Assembly: GCA_963827755.1 (NCBI GenBank)
Contig: CAWHCQ010000044.1
Coordinates: forward strand, 1-64,000
DNA length: 64,000 nucleotides
Origin: an uncultured Gammaproteobacteria bacterium
GTDB taxonomy: Bacteria > Pseudomonadota > Gammaproteobacteria > UBA9214
Direction of reading: 5' to 3'
Of this stretch, positions 45,969 through 56,606 are shown in pieces (within the stretch, counting starts at the first letter, position 1; the number at the start of each line of letters is the position of its first letter). A program made the position numbers and the translations under genes. Below the pieces are notes generated by a model. The model was given only the letters and a program-made list of their open reading frames with translations. It was not told the DNA's origin and made no database searches.

Positions 45969-47444
45969 ATGAAAATCCTTTTCGCCAGCAGTGAAGCACA
46001 TCCCCTGGTCAAGACCGGTGGACTGGCCGATGTCGCCGGCAGTCTGCCACGCGCCATTCGCAACCTGAAACATGACATCCGCCTGATTATCCCGGCCTAC
46101 CGCCAGGTGCTCGAGCAGGCCGAGAAATTCACCTTTGTGACGCACCGGATACTCGTGGATATCGACCAGTCGGTACGGATACTCGCGGGCCGCCTGCCCG
46201 GCAGCAGCGTCATCCTCTACCTGGTCGATGCCCCCGAGCTGTTCGACCGCGAGGGCAAGCCGTACTCGGACATGAAGGGCACGACCTGGCCGGATAATGC
46301 CGATCGTTTCAGTGCCTTTTGCCGCACCATTACCGCCATTGCCATGGATGAAATCGGCCTCGACTGGAAACCGGACCTGGTGCATTGCAATGACTGGCAG
46401 ACCGGGCTGGTGCCGCCGATGCTCGCGGTGCGCAAAAACAGCCCGCCAACGATATTCACCATCCACAACCTTGCCTACCAGGGCCTGTTCGACTGGAAAG
46501 TCTTCCAGAAGCTCAAGTTGCCCACCAACTTCTGGTCCACGGAAACAATGGAATTCCACAACCAGTTTTCCTTCATCAAGGGCGGTCTTGTTTTTGCAGA
46601 CTGGATCACCACGGTAAGCCCGACCTATGCAAAAGAAATCTGCACCAGTGAATATGGCTGCGGACTTGAGGGACTGCTTGCGCATCGCAGGAATAATCTC
46701 ACCGGCATTGTCAACGGTGTTGACTATGCTGTCTGGAACCCGGGGCGGGATCTGAATATTCCGGTAGTGTTCACCCAACGCTCATTGTTCCACAAGACTG
46801 AAAACAAGAGTGCACTGCAGGAACGTTTTGAACTGCCGGTTGATAATGACATTCCATTGTTTGCCATCATCAGCCGGCTGGTTGAACAGAAAGGCATCGA
46901 TCTCATTCTTGACATCGTTCCCGAGCTGGTTGAAAAAGGCGCACAACTTGTCATCCTTGGAAGTGGCGACAGCCAGCTGGAAGTGGACATTCTCCAGGCG
47001 GAAAAAAAATACCCGCAACACCTCGGCGTAGTCATCGGTTACGACGAGCAGCTTGCACACCACATCGAGGCCGGCGCCGACATGTTCCTCATGCCGTCAC
47101 GTTTCGAGCCCTGCGGACTTAACCAGATATACAGTCAGCGTTACGGCACTGTACCGATCGTGCGCCACACCGGCGGCCTGGCCGACACCGTCACAGACAC
47201 CACCCCCGAAACACTGGCCGATAAAACCGCCACCGGCTTCAGTTTCAGGGAGGCCTCGGCAACCGCCCTGCGGGAGGCAGTCCAGCGGGCGCTCGAACAC
47301 TACAAGGATGCGGATTCCTGGCAGCAGATAATGGTCAGCGGCATGAAACAGGACTTCAGCTGGACCCGCAGCGCCAGGCAATACCTGGCCCTCTACGAGC
47401 AGCTGCTTGCACCGCCAGGCAACGAAGATAAAGAAATTGCCTGA
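45969..47444 (+). CDS. glgA: Glycogen synthase
   Basis: KTGGLADV, HCNDWQT, TIHNLAYQG, PSRFEPCGL. Confidence 0.97.
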   Translation: MKILFASSEAHPLVKTGGLADVAGSLPRAIRNLKHDIRLIIPAYRQVLEQAEKFTFVTHRILVDIDQSVRILAGRLPGSSVILYLVDAPELFDREGKPYSDMKGTTWPDNADRFSAFCRTITAIAMDEIGLDWKPDLVHCNDWQTGLVPPMLAVRKNSPPTIFTIHNLAYQGLFDWKVFQKLKLPTNFWSTETMEFHNQFSFIKGGLVFADWITTVSPTYAKEICTSEYGCGLEGLLAHRRNNLTGIVNGVDYAVWNPGRDLNIPVVFTQRSLFHKTENKSALQERFELPVDNDIPLFAIISRLVEQKGIDLILDIVPELVEKGAQLVILGSGDSQLEVDILQAEKKYPQHLGVVIGYDEQLAHHIEAGADMFLMPSRFEPCGLNQIYSQRYGTVPIVRHTGGLADTVTDTTPETLADKTATGFSFREASATALREAVQRALEHYKDADSWQQIMVSGMKQDFSWTRSARQYLALYEQLLAPPGNEDKEIA

Positions 47445-47546
47445 TTGTAATTCAGTAGCTTATGGAGATTATCTGGAATGAACTTTAAAATATTCCGGTA
47501 GCACAATCGACGGCTATCGGTATAATCCACAGCCCCGAAACATGAG

Positions 47547-47577
47547 AAGGCCATGCCCCGGCGTGGCCTTTTTATTT
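47547..47577 (+). terminator. Terminator-like hairpin plus U-tract immediately before ppc
   Basis: AAGGCCATGC-CCCG-GCGTGGCCTT followed by TTTATTT. Confidence 0.55.
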
Positions 47578-47579
47578 CA

Positions 47580-50411
47580 ATGACACGACCACCGATCCTG
47601 CCGTTTACACAGTCCGGCGACAATGACCTGCGCAACCGTGTGCGCCTGTTCGGCAACCTGCTCGGTGAGGTCCTGCGCGAACAGGCCGGCAAGGAAATCT
47701 TCGATGCGGTCGAGACACTGCGTCGCGGCTATATCCGTTTACGCAAGCAGGAAAACAGCAAGACCCGGGGCCGTCTTGCCCGCGTCATCGAGCACCTGTC
47801 ACCGGATGAACTGACCGACGTCATCCGTGCATTCAACCTTTACTTCAGTCTCGTCAATATTGCGGAGGAATCATTCCAGCACCGGCAGCGCCGTCGCCAG
47901 GCACGCACCCAGGGCCCCGTGTGGCATGGCTCGTTCACCCGGACCCTGATGGAGTTCAGGGAACAGGGCATCGAGGCGTCACAATTGCAAACCCTGCTGG
48001 ACAGGACACTCTACCTGCCGGTGTTTACGGCTCACCCGACCGAGGCCATCCGTCGCACGGTCATGTATGCACTGCGGCGTATTTTCATTACCGGCGATAA
48101 ACTCAACAATACGCGTCTCGGCATCGATGAACGCAACGATATCCGCCAGGCCATCAAGCAACAGATACAGGTGTTATGGAAGACCGATGAAGTACGCCTG
48201 CACAAACCCACGGTAGAAGACGAAATCCGTAACGGCCTGTATTACTTTCGCGAGAGCCTGTTCGAGGCCGTGCCGCAAACCTACCGCTACCTCGAAAAGG
48301 CCATCAGCCGCACCTATGCAAACGACGATGGTGCAACACCGCCGGTCGTGCCCGGTGGCCTGATGCAGTTCGGCTCATGGATAGGCGGCGACAGGGACGG
48401 CAACCCGCATGTAAAACCGGCAACAACCGTGTCCGCACTGCGCATGCATATGCGCGAGATCCTCACCGCCTACGTGAGCAGCCTGACAAAGCTCGGTCAG
48501 CGGCTGACGCATTCCGCTCGCCTGTGCGGCTTTTCGGCCAGCCTGCTCGAAAGCATCAGCCGGGATAATGAACGTTTTCCCGAGGCCTTCAGGAATTTCC
48601 CGGATCATTTCAGGCACGAACCCTACCGGCGCAAGCTGGGCATCATGCGCCATCGCCTGGCCCTCAATCTCGACGCCGTCAACGAACGGCTGGATAACCC
48701 GGATATCGATCCTGCAACCCAGCCCCTGGGGTATGCAACCGAGCAGGAACTGCTGCAGGACCTGTTCCTGATTCGCGACTCGCTGACTGAAAATGGCGAT
48801 GTCAGCCTGGCCGATGCCCGGCTGAAAGACCTGATCCGCCTGGTCGAGACCTTCGGTTTTTACCTGATGCATCTCGATATTCGCCAGGAATCGACCCGCC
48901 ACAGCGAGGCGGTCACCGAGCTGTGCAGGCAGCTGCCGGAGGCCGTTGATTATGCCTCACTGGATGAGAATGCCCGCCAGCAGTACCTGACGCGGGCACT
49001 TGCCACCACTCCGCCGGACATTGATCGCCGCATGCTCAGCGAGGACACGCGTGAAACACTCGAGGTGCTCGATGTCATGCGCCGCATGCAGGGCGAGATC
49101 AGTCCGAATGCCTTCGGCAACTACGTCATCTCGATGACGCATACCGCCAGCCATGTCCTCGAGGTGATGTACCTTGCGTGGCTGACCGGACTGGCCGGCA
49201 GCAACAACGGTGAATGGTTTTGCCGGATCCGTATCAGCCCCCTGTTCGAAACCATCGATGACCTGGATCATGTTGAAGATGTACTGACACAATTACTCGA
49301 CAATGAAACCTACCGGGCATTACTCCATGAAGCCTGCAAGTGCCAGGAGATCATGCTGGGTTATTCCGACTCCTGCAAGGACGGCGGCATCCTTGCCTCC
49401 AACTGGAGCCTGTACCACGCCCAGAAAAAGATCATCGCGATTACCGGACGCTATGGTATCGAGGTCCGCCTGTTCCATGGCCGCGGCGGCACCGTGGGTC
49501 GCGGCGGCGGCCCGACTCACGATGCGATTCTTTCGCAACCCAATGGCACCGTGCACGGCCAGATCAAGTTCACCGAGCAGGGAGAGGTACTGCGTTACAA
49601 GTACAGCAATGCGGAAACCGCCACCTACGAATTGTCCATCGGCGTCACCGGCCTGCTGAAGGCAAGCCGCAACCTGATCACGGAACAGAAAGTTGAGCAT
49701 AGTGACTACACGGACGTCATGGACGAACTCACCAGGCTGGGTGAAGCCAGCTACCGTGACCTGATCGACCACACCGAGGGCCTGTTCGATTATTTCTACG
49801 AAGTCACCCCGGTCACCGAGATCGGCCTGCTGAACATCGGTTCACGCCCGTCACACCGCAAGTCACAGGACCGCTCCAAGACCTCGATCCGCGCGATTCC
49901 CTGGGTATTCGGCTGGGCACAGGCCCGGCATACCCTGCCGGCCTGGTACGGGCTCGGCAGTGCGCTGGAGAGCTGGCGTGGCACTGACCCGGCACGGCTC
50001 ACCCGCCTGCAGGAGATGCACCGGGAGTGGCCGTTCTTCCGGAACCTGATCAGCAATATCCAGATGGCGCTTTACAAGGGCGAGATGGGCATCGCCCATG
50101 AATACACGCGGCTTGCCAGCAATCACGAAGAGGCCGAGCGTATTTACAAGCGCATTCGGGACGAATACGCGCGCACCGTCACCCAGGTACTGGACATCAG
50201 CGGTAATCACCTGTTGCTGGAAGACAACCCCTCCCTCGGGCTGTCGCTGTATCGGCGCGACCCGTACCTCGACCCGTTGAACAATATCCAGATCACCCTG
50301 TTGTCACGCTACCGCGACGAGAACCTGAACGATGATCAGCGCGATCGCTGGCTGCACCCGCTGCTGCGCTCCATCAACGCCATCGCCAGCGGCATGCGCA
50401 ATACCGGGTGA
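47580..50411 (+). CDS. ppc: Phosphoenolpyruvate carboxylase
   Basis: VFTAHPTE, GSWIGGDRDGNP, MLGYSDSCKDGG, GRGGTVGRGG, C-terminal RNTG; alternative start 47553. Confidence 0.97.
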   Translation: MTRPPILPFTQSGDNDLRNRVRLFGNLLGEVLREQAGKEIFDAVETLRRGYIRLRKQENSKTRGRLARVIEHLSPDELTDVIRAFNLYFSLVNIAEESFQHRQRRRQARTQGPVWHGSFTRTLMEFREQGIEASQLQTLLDRTLYLPVFTAHPTEAIRRTVMYALRRIFITGDKLNNTRLGIDERNDIRQAIKQQIQVLWKTDEVRLHKPTVEDEIRNGLYYFRESLFEAVPQTYRYLEKAISRTYANDDGATPPVVPGGLMQFGSWIGGDRDGNPHVKPATTVSALRMHMREILTAYVSSLTKLGQRLTHSARLCGFSASLLESISRDNERFPEAFRNFPDHFRHEPYRRKLGIMRHRLALNLDAVNERLDNPDIDPATQPLGYATEQELLQDLFLIRDSLTENGDVSLADARLKDLIRLVETFGFYLMHLDIRQESTRHSEAVTELCRQLPEAVDYASLDENARQQYLTRALATTPPDIDRRMLSEDTRETLEVLDVMRRMQGEISPNAFGNYVISMTHTASHVLEVMYLAWLTGLAGSNNGEWFCRIRISPLFETIDDLDHVEDVLTQLLDNETYRALLHEACKCQEIMLGYSDSCKDGGILASNWSLYHAQKKIIAITGRYGIEVRLFHGRGGTVGRGGGPTHDAILSQPNGTVHGQIKFTEQGEVLRYKYSNAETATYELSIGVTGLLKASRNLITEQKVEHSDYTDVMDELTRLGEASYRDLIDHTEGLFDYFYEVTPVTEIGLLNIGSRPSHRKSQDRSKTSIRAIPWVFGWAQARHTLPAWYGLGSALESWRGTDPARLTRLQEMHREWPFFRNLISNIQMALYKGEMGIAHEYTRLASNHEEAERIYKRIRDEYARTVTQVLDISGNHLLLEDNPSLGLSLYRRDPYLDPLNNIQITLLSRYRDENLNDDQRDRWLHPLLRSINAIASGMRNTG

Positions 50412-50425
50412 TTTCGCACCGGTTA

Positions 50426-52357
50426 TTACTGCTTCTCCGCCGCATCGACCAGCTGCGGCCAGGCAATCAGCATGTACGGCATGGAGGCCGGCGAGTCCGC
50501 AAGCTGCGCACCGGCCCAGGCGGCTGTCTTGCGGGCCAGGTCACGGTAGCTGTTTTTACCGGTGAGCCTCGCCAGGTCATGGAGCACATGCACGGCGATG
50601 CCATTGACTGACAGGGTGGCGCCATCACTGGCCTCTTTCTCGCGCAGCCATAATTCGGTGTCCGCCGGGCTGTTGAAAAAACCGCCCGCCGCTTCATCCC
50701 CGTAGTCTGCAAGCAGCCTGTCCACCAGGCCCTGCGCCTTCACCAGCCAGTGTTTGTCGGCAGTCACCTTGTGCAGCGCGATCAGGCCCTCGGCCAGGGC
50801 CGCATAGTCTTCACTGAACCCGGGGGCACCGCGCACCCCGTTGCGCCAGTCGCGGAATAACACACCGGTTTTTTGATCATAGAGTGCATCCAGCAGGAAC
50901 CCGGCGGTCTTTTCCGCGGCCTTGATATAACGCGGCTCATCAAGCGCGCGCCCGGCCAGTGCCAGCGTGGTTATCATGTAGCCGTTCCACACGGTGACGA
51001 CCTTGTCATCAACGGGGACGGCTGGACGCCGGGCGCGCGCCTTCAACAACAACTCATCGACGCGGGCATTGCGCTGACTGGCGCTGATGAGGTCGAGCTT
51101 GAATTTATGCGCCAGTTCTTTTGCATCGAGGGCGGCGTAGAGCACGTTCTTGTCCTGCATTTCACCCAGGGGATCAGTAACCGCATTGCCGCGTTCACTG
51201 GCGCCGTAACGTGCCACCGCCCAGTCGCGCAACGGGCCATCGCCCAGCGCCTCCGTCAATTGCCGCCAGCTCCATGTGTAATACGCGCCCTCTTCCATGT
51301 GCGCGGATGCGTTCCCGGGCACCGGGCTGTCCGCACCCAGTGCGGAATAAAAACCGCCGCCGGCACCGCGCATTTCAGCGAGGCTAAAATCAAGGGTCTT
51401 GCGCACCAGCGCGGCATAGCGGTCTTCACGGCTGCGACGCCAGGCATACAGGCAGGCGCGTGCAATCAGCGCCTGGTCGTAGAGCATCTTCTCAAAATGC
51501 GGCACACGCCAGTCGAAGTCGGTGGAATAGCGGTGAAAACCGCCACCAAGCTGGTCATGGATGCCGCCCGCCGCCATTCGGTCCAGGGTGAACAGGGCCA
51601 TGTCGGCAGCGGCCTGCTGTGACGACTCCAGCAGAAACATCAACCTCGCAGGCTGGGGAAACTTCGGTGCCGGCTCAAAGCCCCCCTGGATTTCGTCAAA
51701 TGCCGCGGCAAAATATTCCTGCGCCCTTTCCACCGGTTCATTGTCCAGCGTCTGCAGCGGTTTTACCGAAGTCTCGAGATTGCGCATCACGGCCACGGCC
51801 TGCAGGGCCGTCTCCCGAATACCTGCCTCGTCGTCCTTCCAGAGACCGGCCAGCATGGGCAACAGGGAGTCCATGCCGTTCTTGCCCATGCTGGCATGGG
51901 GTGGAAAATAGGTGCCACCTACAAACGGATCCCCGTCCGGTGTGGCCCACACCGACATCGGCCAGCCGCCGCGGCCCTGAGTCAGGGTGACATAAAGCAT
52001 ATAGGCGTCATCAATATCCGGGCGTTGCTCCCGGTCGACCTTGATCGAGACAAAACTGTCGTTCAACAGTTTGGCGATCGCCGGGTTCTCAAAGGACTCG
52101 CGCGCCATGACATGGCACCAGTGACAGGTGAAATAGCCGACGGAAATAAACAGCGGCTTGTTTTCCCGGCGCGCCTTCTCAAAGGCCTGCTCACCCCAGG
52201 GATACCATTCGACCGGGTTGTCGGCATGCATGTTCAGGTAGGGGCTGGACTCTGCCGCCAGCCGCCAGCCGCCGCTCTTGCCGGTTTGCGCCTGCACATA
52301 ACAGGCACCCAGCAGCAACAACAGGGCCGGGAGAAATAAATGATGAACGCGTTTCAT
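50426..52357 (-). CDS. DUF255/YyaL (SSP411-like) thioredoxin-domain protein with export signal
   Basis: [37 protein letters not shown]; hydrophobic N-terminal signal. Confidence 0.9.
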   Translation of the reverse strand: MKRVHHLFLPALLLLLGACYVQAQTGKSGGWRLAAESSPYLNMHADNPVEWYPWGEQAFEKARRENKPLFISVGYFTCHWCHVMARESFENPAIAKLLNDSFVSIKVDREQRPDIDDAYMLYVTLTQGRGGWPMSVWATPDGDPFVGGTYFPPHASMGKNGMDSLLPMLAGLWKDDEAGIRETALQAVAVMRNLETSVKPLQTLDNEPVERAQEYFAAAFDEIQGGFEPAPKFPQPARLMFLLESSQQAAADMALFTLDRMAAGGIHDQLGGGFHRYSTDFDWRVPHFEKMLYDQALIARACLYAWRRSREDRYAALVRKTLDFSLAEMRGAGGGFYSALGADSPVPGNASAHMEEGAYYTWSWRQLTEALGDGPLRDWAVARYGASERGNAVTDPLGEMQDKNVLYAALDAKELAHKFKLDLISASQRNARVDELLLKARARRPAVPVDDKVVTVWNGYMITTLALAGRALDEPRYIKAAEKTAGFLLDALYDQKTGVLFRDWRNGVRGAPGFSEDYAALAEGLIALHKVTADKHWLVKAQGLVDRLLADYGDEAAGGFFNSPADTELWLREKEASDGATLSVNGIAVHVLHDLARLTGKNSYRDLARKTAAWAGAQLADSPASMPYMLIAWPQLVDAAEKQ

Positions 52358-53136
52358 TGTGATAGAGACCACTGTTCGAGCCGCAATACTTCACGCGCGT
52401 TCGCCGTGGTCTGGCGGGCAATCACCTGCGGATCCGCATCGCGCACCCCGGCCAGTGCCGCCAGGCAAAATGGCAAATACTCCGGACTGTTGCGTTCACC
52501 CCGGTGTTGCGCCACGGTCATGTCCGGGGCGTCCGTTTCAAGCACAATGGATTCAAGCGGCAGTGCCGCTGCCAGCGCGCGCAGCTTGCTGGATCGCTCG
52601 AACGTCAACATGCCGCCGAAGCCAAGCTTGAAACCCAGGCCGGTATATTCACCAGCCTGCTGCAGGCTGCCATTGAAGGCATGGGCGATACCGCCGCGCA
52701 CACCAATGCGTTTCAGTATCGACAGCATCCGGTCATGTGCCTTGCGCACATGCAGGATAACCGGCAAATCCGCGGCCCGCGCCATCGCCAGCTGCGCCTC
52801 CAGCAATGCCTGCTGGCGCACCCGGTCAAGGTCTTTGAGGTAATAATCGAGCCCGATCTCGCCAACGGCTACCGGCCTGTGCTCAGCCAGCTGATTCTCA
52901 AGTGTCTTCAGGTCGGCAGCGCTATGTTGCTCCAGGTAGACCGGGTGCAGGCCCAGCGCCGGGTACAGGCTGGCGTCAGCTGCGCAGCATTTCCGCAAGT
53001 GGTCCCAGCCGGCAGACTCTACGCCCGGCACCACGATCGCGTTCACACCGCTGGCGCGACTGCGCTCGAGGACAGCCCGCCGGTCCGCATCGAAGGCAGG
53101 CAGGTCCAGGTGGCAATGGGTATCAACGAGTTCCAT
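52354..53136 (-). CDS. TatD-family hydrolase
   Basis: DTHCHL, VGEIGLD, LHVRKAH, HAFNGS, LETDAP. Confidence 0.93.
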   Translation of the reverse strand: MELVDTHCHLDLPAFDADRRAVLERSRASGVNAIVVPGVESAGWDHLRKCCAADASLYPALGLHPVYLEQHSAADLKTLENQLAEHRPVAVGEIGLDYYLKDLDRVRQQALLEAQLAMARAADLPVILHVRKAHDRMLSILKRIGVRGGIAHAFNGSLQQAGEYTGLGFKLGFGGMLTFERSSKLRALAAALPLESIVLETDAPDMTVAQHRGERNSPEYLPFCLAALAGVRDADPQVIARQTTANAREVLRLEQWSLSQ

Positions 53137-53197
53137 TGCCGGATTGTATGCGTTTGCAGGAATCAAACACAGCCGTTTTCTGGTATGTTTCCGCTAA

Positions 53198-54010
53198 ATG
53201 AAGACACCTGAACAACTTATGATCGACGATGCAGCGGACATGGAACGTCGCTTCGGCGGCATTCGCCGCCTCTATGGAAGACATGCGCTGCAAAACTTCA
53301 TGCAGTCCCGTATCTGTATCATCGGTATCGGCGGTGTTGGTTCCTGGGCCGCGGAGGCACTGGCACGTTCAGCCATCGGGCATATCACGCTCATCGACCT
53401 CGACCATGTTGCCGAGTCCAACATCAACCGTCAGCTGCATGCCCTCAGCGGGACACTGGGTATGGCGAAGGTGCGGGTCATGGCGGAACGCATCGCGCAA
53501 ATCAATCCGCACTGCGAACCGGATGCCATCGAGGAACACCTCACTCACGAGAAGCTCGATGCCCTGCTGGACCGGAATTACGATTACATCATCGATTGCG
53601 TCGACGGCTACCGCATCAAGGCCGCACTGGTTGCACACTGCAAACGCAACAAATTCCGTGTAATCACCGTCGGGGGTGCGGGCGGGCTGACCGACCCGAC
53701 ACGCATACAGGTCGCCGACCTCAGCCGCACCGAGCACGATGCCCTGTTCTCGAAGACCCGCCAGTTATTAAGGCAGGAATATAATTTCCCCCGGAACCTG
53801 AAGCGGCGCTTCGATGTCCCCTGCGTCTACTCGCTGGAACAACCCGTTTTTCCATCCGCCGACGGGGATATCAGCGTGGAGAAACCGGCCGATCAGAAAG
53901 CCGGCGGACTCGGCTGTGCAGGCGGGCTGGGCTCCGTGACGGCAGTGACGGCCACTTTCGGAATGGTCGCCGCGGCGCATGTCCTGAAGAAACTCGCTGC
54001 CGGTCCATAG
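53198..54010 (+). CDS. tcdA: tRNA threonylcarbamoyladenosine dehydratase
   Basis: RRFGGIRRLYG, GIGGVGSWAAEALARS, SNINRQ, CVYSLEQ. Confidence 0.92.
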   Translation: MKTPEQLMIDDAADMERRFGGIRRLYGRHALQNFMQSRICIIGIGGVGSWAAEALARSAIGHITLIDLDHVAESNINRQLHALSGTLGMAKVRVMAERIAQINPHCEPDAIEEHLTHEKLDALLDRNYDYIIDCVDGYRIKAALVAHCKRNKFRVITVGGAGGLTDPTRIQVADLSRTEHDALFSKTRQLLRQEYNFPRNLKRRFDVPCVYSLEQPVFPSADGDISVEKPADQKAGGLGCAGGLGSVTAVTATFGMVAAAHVLKKLAAGP

Positions 54011-54048
54011 AGCAAATCGCGCCTGCAGGGCGCTCCAGCAGGAGCATG

Positions 54049-54591
54049 TCAGGGATTAAACCCTTCCTCTGAATTCAGCCACTCGATTTCCTCCGGCGTA
54101 CTCTCACGTCCGAGAATTTTATTGCGGTGCGGGAAACGGCCAAAGCGCCGAATGATTTCCCGGTGGCTTCGCGCCCATTTGAGATTATCTTCAAGGCCGG
54201 CGGTTTCAAACAACATGACAGAGCGGTCCTGATCAGCAAGTGACTCGCTGTGCATGAACGGCAGGTAAAAGAAAGCCATGTACGCGTCTGCCAGCTCTAT
54301 ATCGAATCCATTTCCGATGGCACGTCGCGCCACCTGCCTGGACTGTTCCTCGCTGCTGAAACCCTGCGGCTGGTTACGAAACATGTTCAGGGGAAACTGG
54401 TCCAGCAAAATGACCAGTGCCAGTGCGCCTGTGGCCGTTTCCTCCCAGTCATCCAGCTCACCGTTGCACGCCTGCTGCCAGAGGGCCTCAAAGCGGTCCT
54501 TCACAAGGCGATCATATTCAGGGGTTGATGCAAACCAGCGCGCCCGCGATTCTTCGGAGAACCAGAAATCGAGTACCTCATCGGCTGTCAT
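54049..54591 (-). CDS. DUF924 family protein
   Basis: VLDFWF, LLDQFPLNMFR, YLPFMHSE, RFGRFPHRN. Confidence 0.9.
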   Translation of the reverse strand: MTADEVLDFWFSEESRARWFASTPEYDRLVKDRFEALWQQACNGELDDWEETATGALALVILLDQFPLNMFRNQPQGFSSEEQSRQVARRAIGNGFDIELADAYMAFFYLPFMHSESLADQDRSVMLFETAGLEDNLKWARSHREIIRRFGRFPHRNKILGRESTPEEIEWLNSEEGFNP

Positions 54592-54725
54592 CGGGGAGAT
54601 CTGCGCGCCCTGTATCCGCGGGCCGGCCGGGTTGCGCACCCCGGTCCCGGGTTCAGCCGGTGCGGCAGGCGGCACGCCGCGGCAACAACGCTCATATCAC
54701 CGGCCGGTACCCGGCGGGCTGTATT

Positions 54726-55076
54726 TTATTGAACGCTGCCAAAGCCCTTGTCGGCACTGCCTGCCGGTGGTTCAAGTCCGGCCAGACGACAGCCCTGGGT
54801 GACGGGTCCACCCGGGAACAGCTTGTAAAGGTATTTCATGCCACCATGGGAATGAAAGCGTTCCTCCAGGGCATCATGCAACTCACGACTGTTGATCCTC
54901 GGTTCATCATGCCGTGAGTAAAACTCCTGCAATGCCCGGACCATCTCCCAGTGCCCGCTGTCAGCATGCAAACCGTCCTCTGCAGCCTTGCTGATCGCCT
55001 CTTCCCGGGTCCACCCCTCCGGGGCATCTGGAAAGTCCGGATTCGTTACACCATTACCGCCCCTTGTATTGATCAC
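54726..55076 (-). CDS. TusE/DsrC family protein lacking C-terminal cysteines (RspA-like)
   Basis: HWEMV..LQEFY and KYLYKLFPGGPVTQGCRLAGL; ends GFGSVQ; GGAGGA SD before GTG. Confidence 0.85.
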   Translation of the reverse strand: MINTRGGNGVTNPDFPDAPEGWTREEAISKAAEDGLHADSGHWEMVRALQEFYSRHDEPRINSRELHDALEERFHSHGGMKYLYKLFPGGPVTQGCRLAGLEPPAGSADKGFGSVQ

Positions 55077-55165
55077 AATATAGTCCTCCGTGTTACAACA
55101 TTTTTTTACTTTTCGAGATAACTCTAGCTGGCACTCGGCACTCTATCAAGTCATTTGTCGGCAAA

Positions 55166-55630
55166 TCAGTGCAGCAGGTAACGTCCGCCCGTGGCAATCG
55201 CCACAACAGCCAGCCCCAGTGCCAGATTGATCCCGACGAGGATACGTATCTGCGCCAGGGATCGCGCTCCCGCCTGCCAGTCAGCCGCCGCGACGGCCCG
55301 CTTCAGGCGCTTGAAGGGTGCGAAGAAGACATGCAGGAAAAGCAGCATCATCAGGTAGCCGATCCACACCATCAGGTGTACATGCAGGCCGACGGCATCG
55401 AATCCGCCATAAAAAGACAGCACCATCCAGTAACCGCTGGCCAGCAACACGGCGATCGAGGCGAACACCCACGGAAAGAACCTGGCAAACACACCCGCCC
55501 ACAGGCCGAGCCGGTGCGGCGGCTCCAGCCGGCCGGCAGCCACAGGCCGCAAAACCACATAGGCAAAAAACATTCCGCCAACCCATATCACTGCTGAAAG
55601 CGCATGCAGTGCAAGCATCAATGCCATCAT
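55166..55630 (-). CDS. CopD-like / DUF4149-type four-TM membrane protein
   Basis: LHALSAVIWVGGMFF motif and four hydrophobic helices. Confidence 0.75.
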   Translation of the reverse strand: MMALMLALHALSAVIWVGGMFFAYVVLRPVAAGRLEPPHRLGLWAGVFARFFPWVFASIAVLLASGYWMVLSFYGGFDAVGLHVHLMVWIGYLMMLLFLHVFFAPFKRLKRAVAAADWQAGARSLAQIRILVGINLALGLAVVAIATGGRYLLH

Positions 55631-55711
55631 TGTTTCTCTCCCGGTACGATTAAAAATGAAGCATATTGTGACATATCCGCAAGACCACAGGATGCCGGCA
55701 GGAAAAACAGG

Positions 55712-55975
55712 TCAGCCCCCGAGTTCATTGATCTCCGAGGCAATCAATTGCAGCTTGTCAGCACGCAGCAGCTTCTTGATCGCCGCCTCGCGTTTGCTCG
55801 CCGTACTGCGTGTGTGCCCGCTCTCCAGGTACACAACCTTACCGGGCTCATGGCCACGGAAATACCTTGCACGGCGCGCTCCGGCATGTTCCGAGAAGCG
55901 CCGTTCGATGTCGAGCGTAATCCCCGTATAGAGAGAATCATCGCTGCAAAGAATGATATATACCTGCCATTTCAC
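55712..55975 (-). CDS. Small GIY-YIG nuclease (YhbQ/UPF0213-like)
   Basis: VYIILCSDDSLYTGIT..RRFSEH..ARY; ASKREAAIKKL. Confidence 0.88.
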   Translation of the reverse strand: MKWQVYIILCSDDSLYTGITLDIERRFSEHAGARRARYFRGHEPGKVVYLESGHTRSTASKREAAIKKLLRADKLQLIASEINELGG

Positions 55976-56102
55976 CCGGATATGATAACAATTTACGGCA
56001 TCTGCAGGCAGCTGAATGCACAGCAGCATGCCAATATGTTAGGATTCGCGGCCATTCTGGCAGTACGCCAGCAACCGGTTTCAGTCCCAGAGGAGAAGAG
56101 TA

Positions 56103-56589
56103 ATGCAAATCGCCGACAATCATGTTGTTTTCATCAACTACACACTCAAGGATGATACCGGGAAAATCCTGGACCAATCTGATGACGGCAGCTTTTGTTA
56201 CCTGCATGGTGCAAGCAATATCATCTCCGGGCCTCGAAAACGCCCTGACCGGCAAGCAGGCCGGCGATGAAATGTCGGTTTCCATTGCACCTGAAGACGG
56301 CTACGGGACACACGACAAGGAGAAACTGCAACAGGTGTCCCGGGAAATGTTTCCGCCCGAGCAGGATGTCGTGGCGGGCATGCAATTTCACGCAGAAGGT
56401 CCGGACGGCCAGTACATAATCGTGACAGTGGCTTCAGTCGAGGGCGACCAGGTAACAATAGACGGCAATCACCCGCTGGCCGGCGTGCAACTCAACTTTG
56501 ATGTAACCGTCATGGATATCCGCAATGCAACCAGCGAAGAACTGGAACACGGCCATGTGCATGGACCTGAAGGTCATGCTCACGACTGA
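56103..56589 (+). CDS. slyD: FKBP-type PPIase SlyD, split by a +1 frameshift near 56226
   Basis: MQIADNHVVFINYTLKDD..YLHGASNII joins PGLENAL..DGNHPLAG..HGHVHG after removing one base. Confidence 0.92.
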
Positions 56590-56606
56590 TTGCAGGCGAG
56601 CCGGCC

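Noticed and set aside
55712-55975. GIY-YIG gene as a homing endonuclease or mobile element
   Set aside because: It is the small stand-alone YhbQ type with no intron, DNA-binding extension or flanking repeats.
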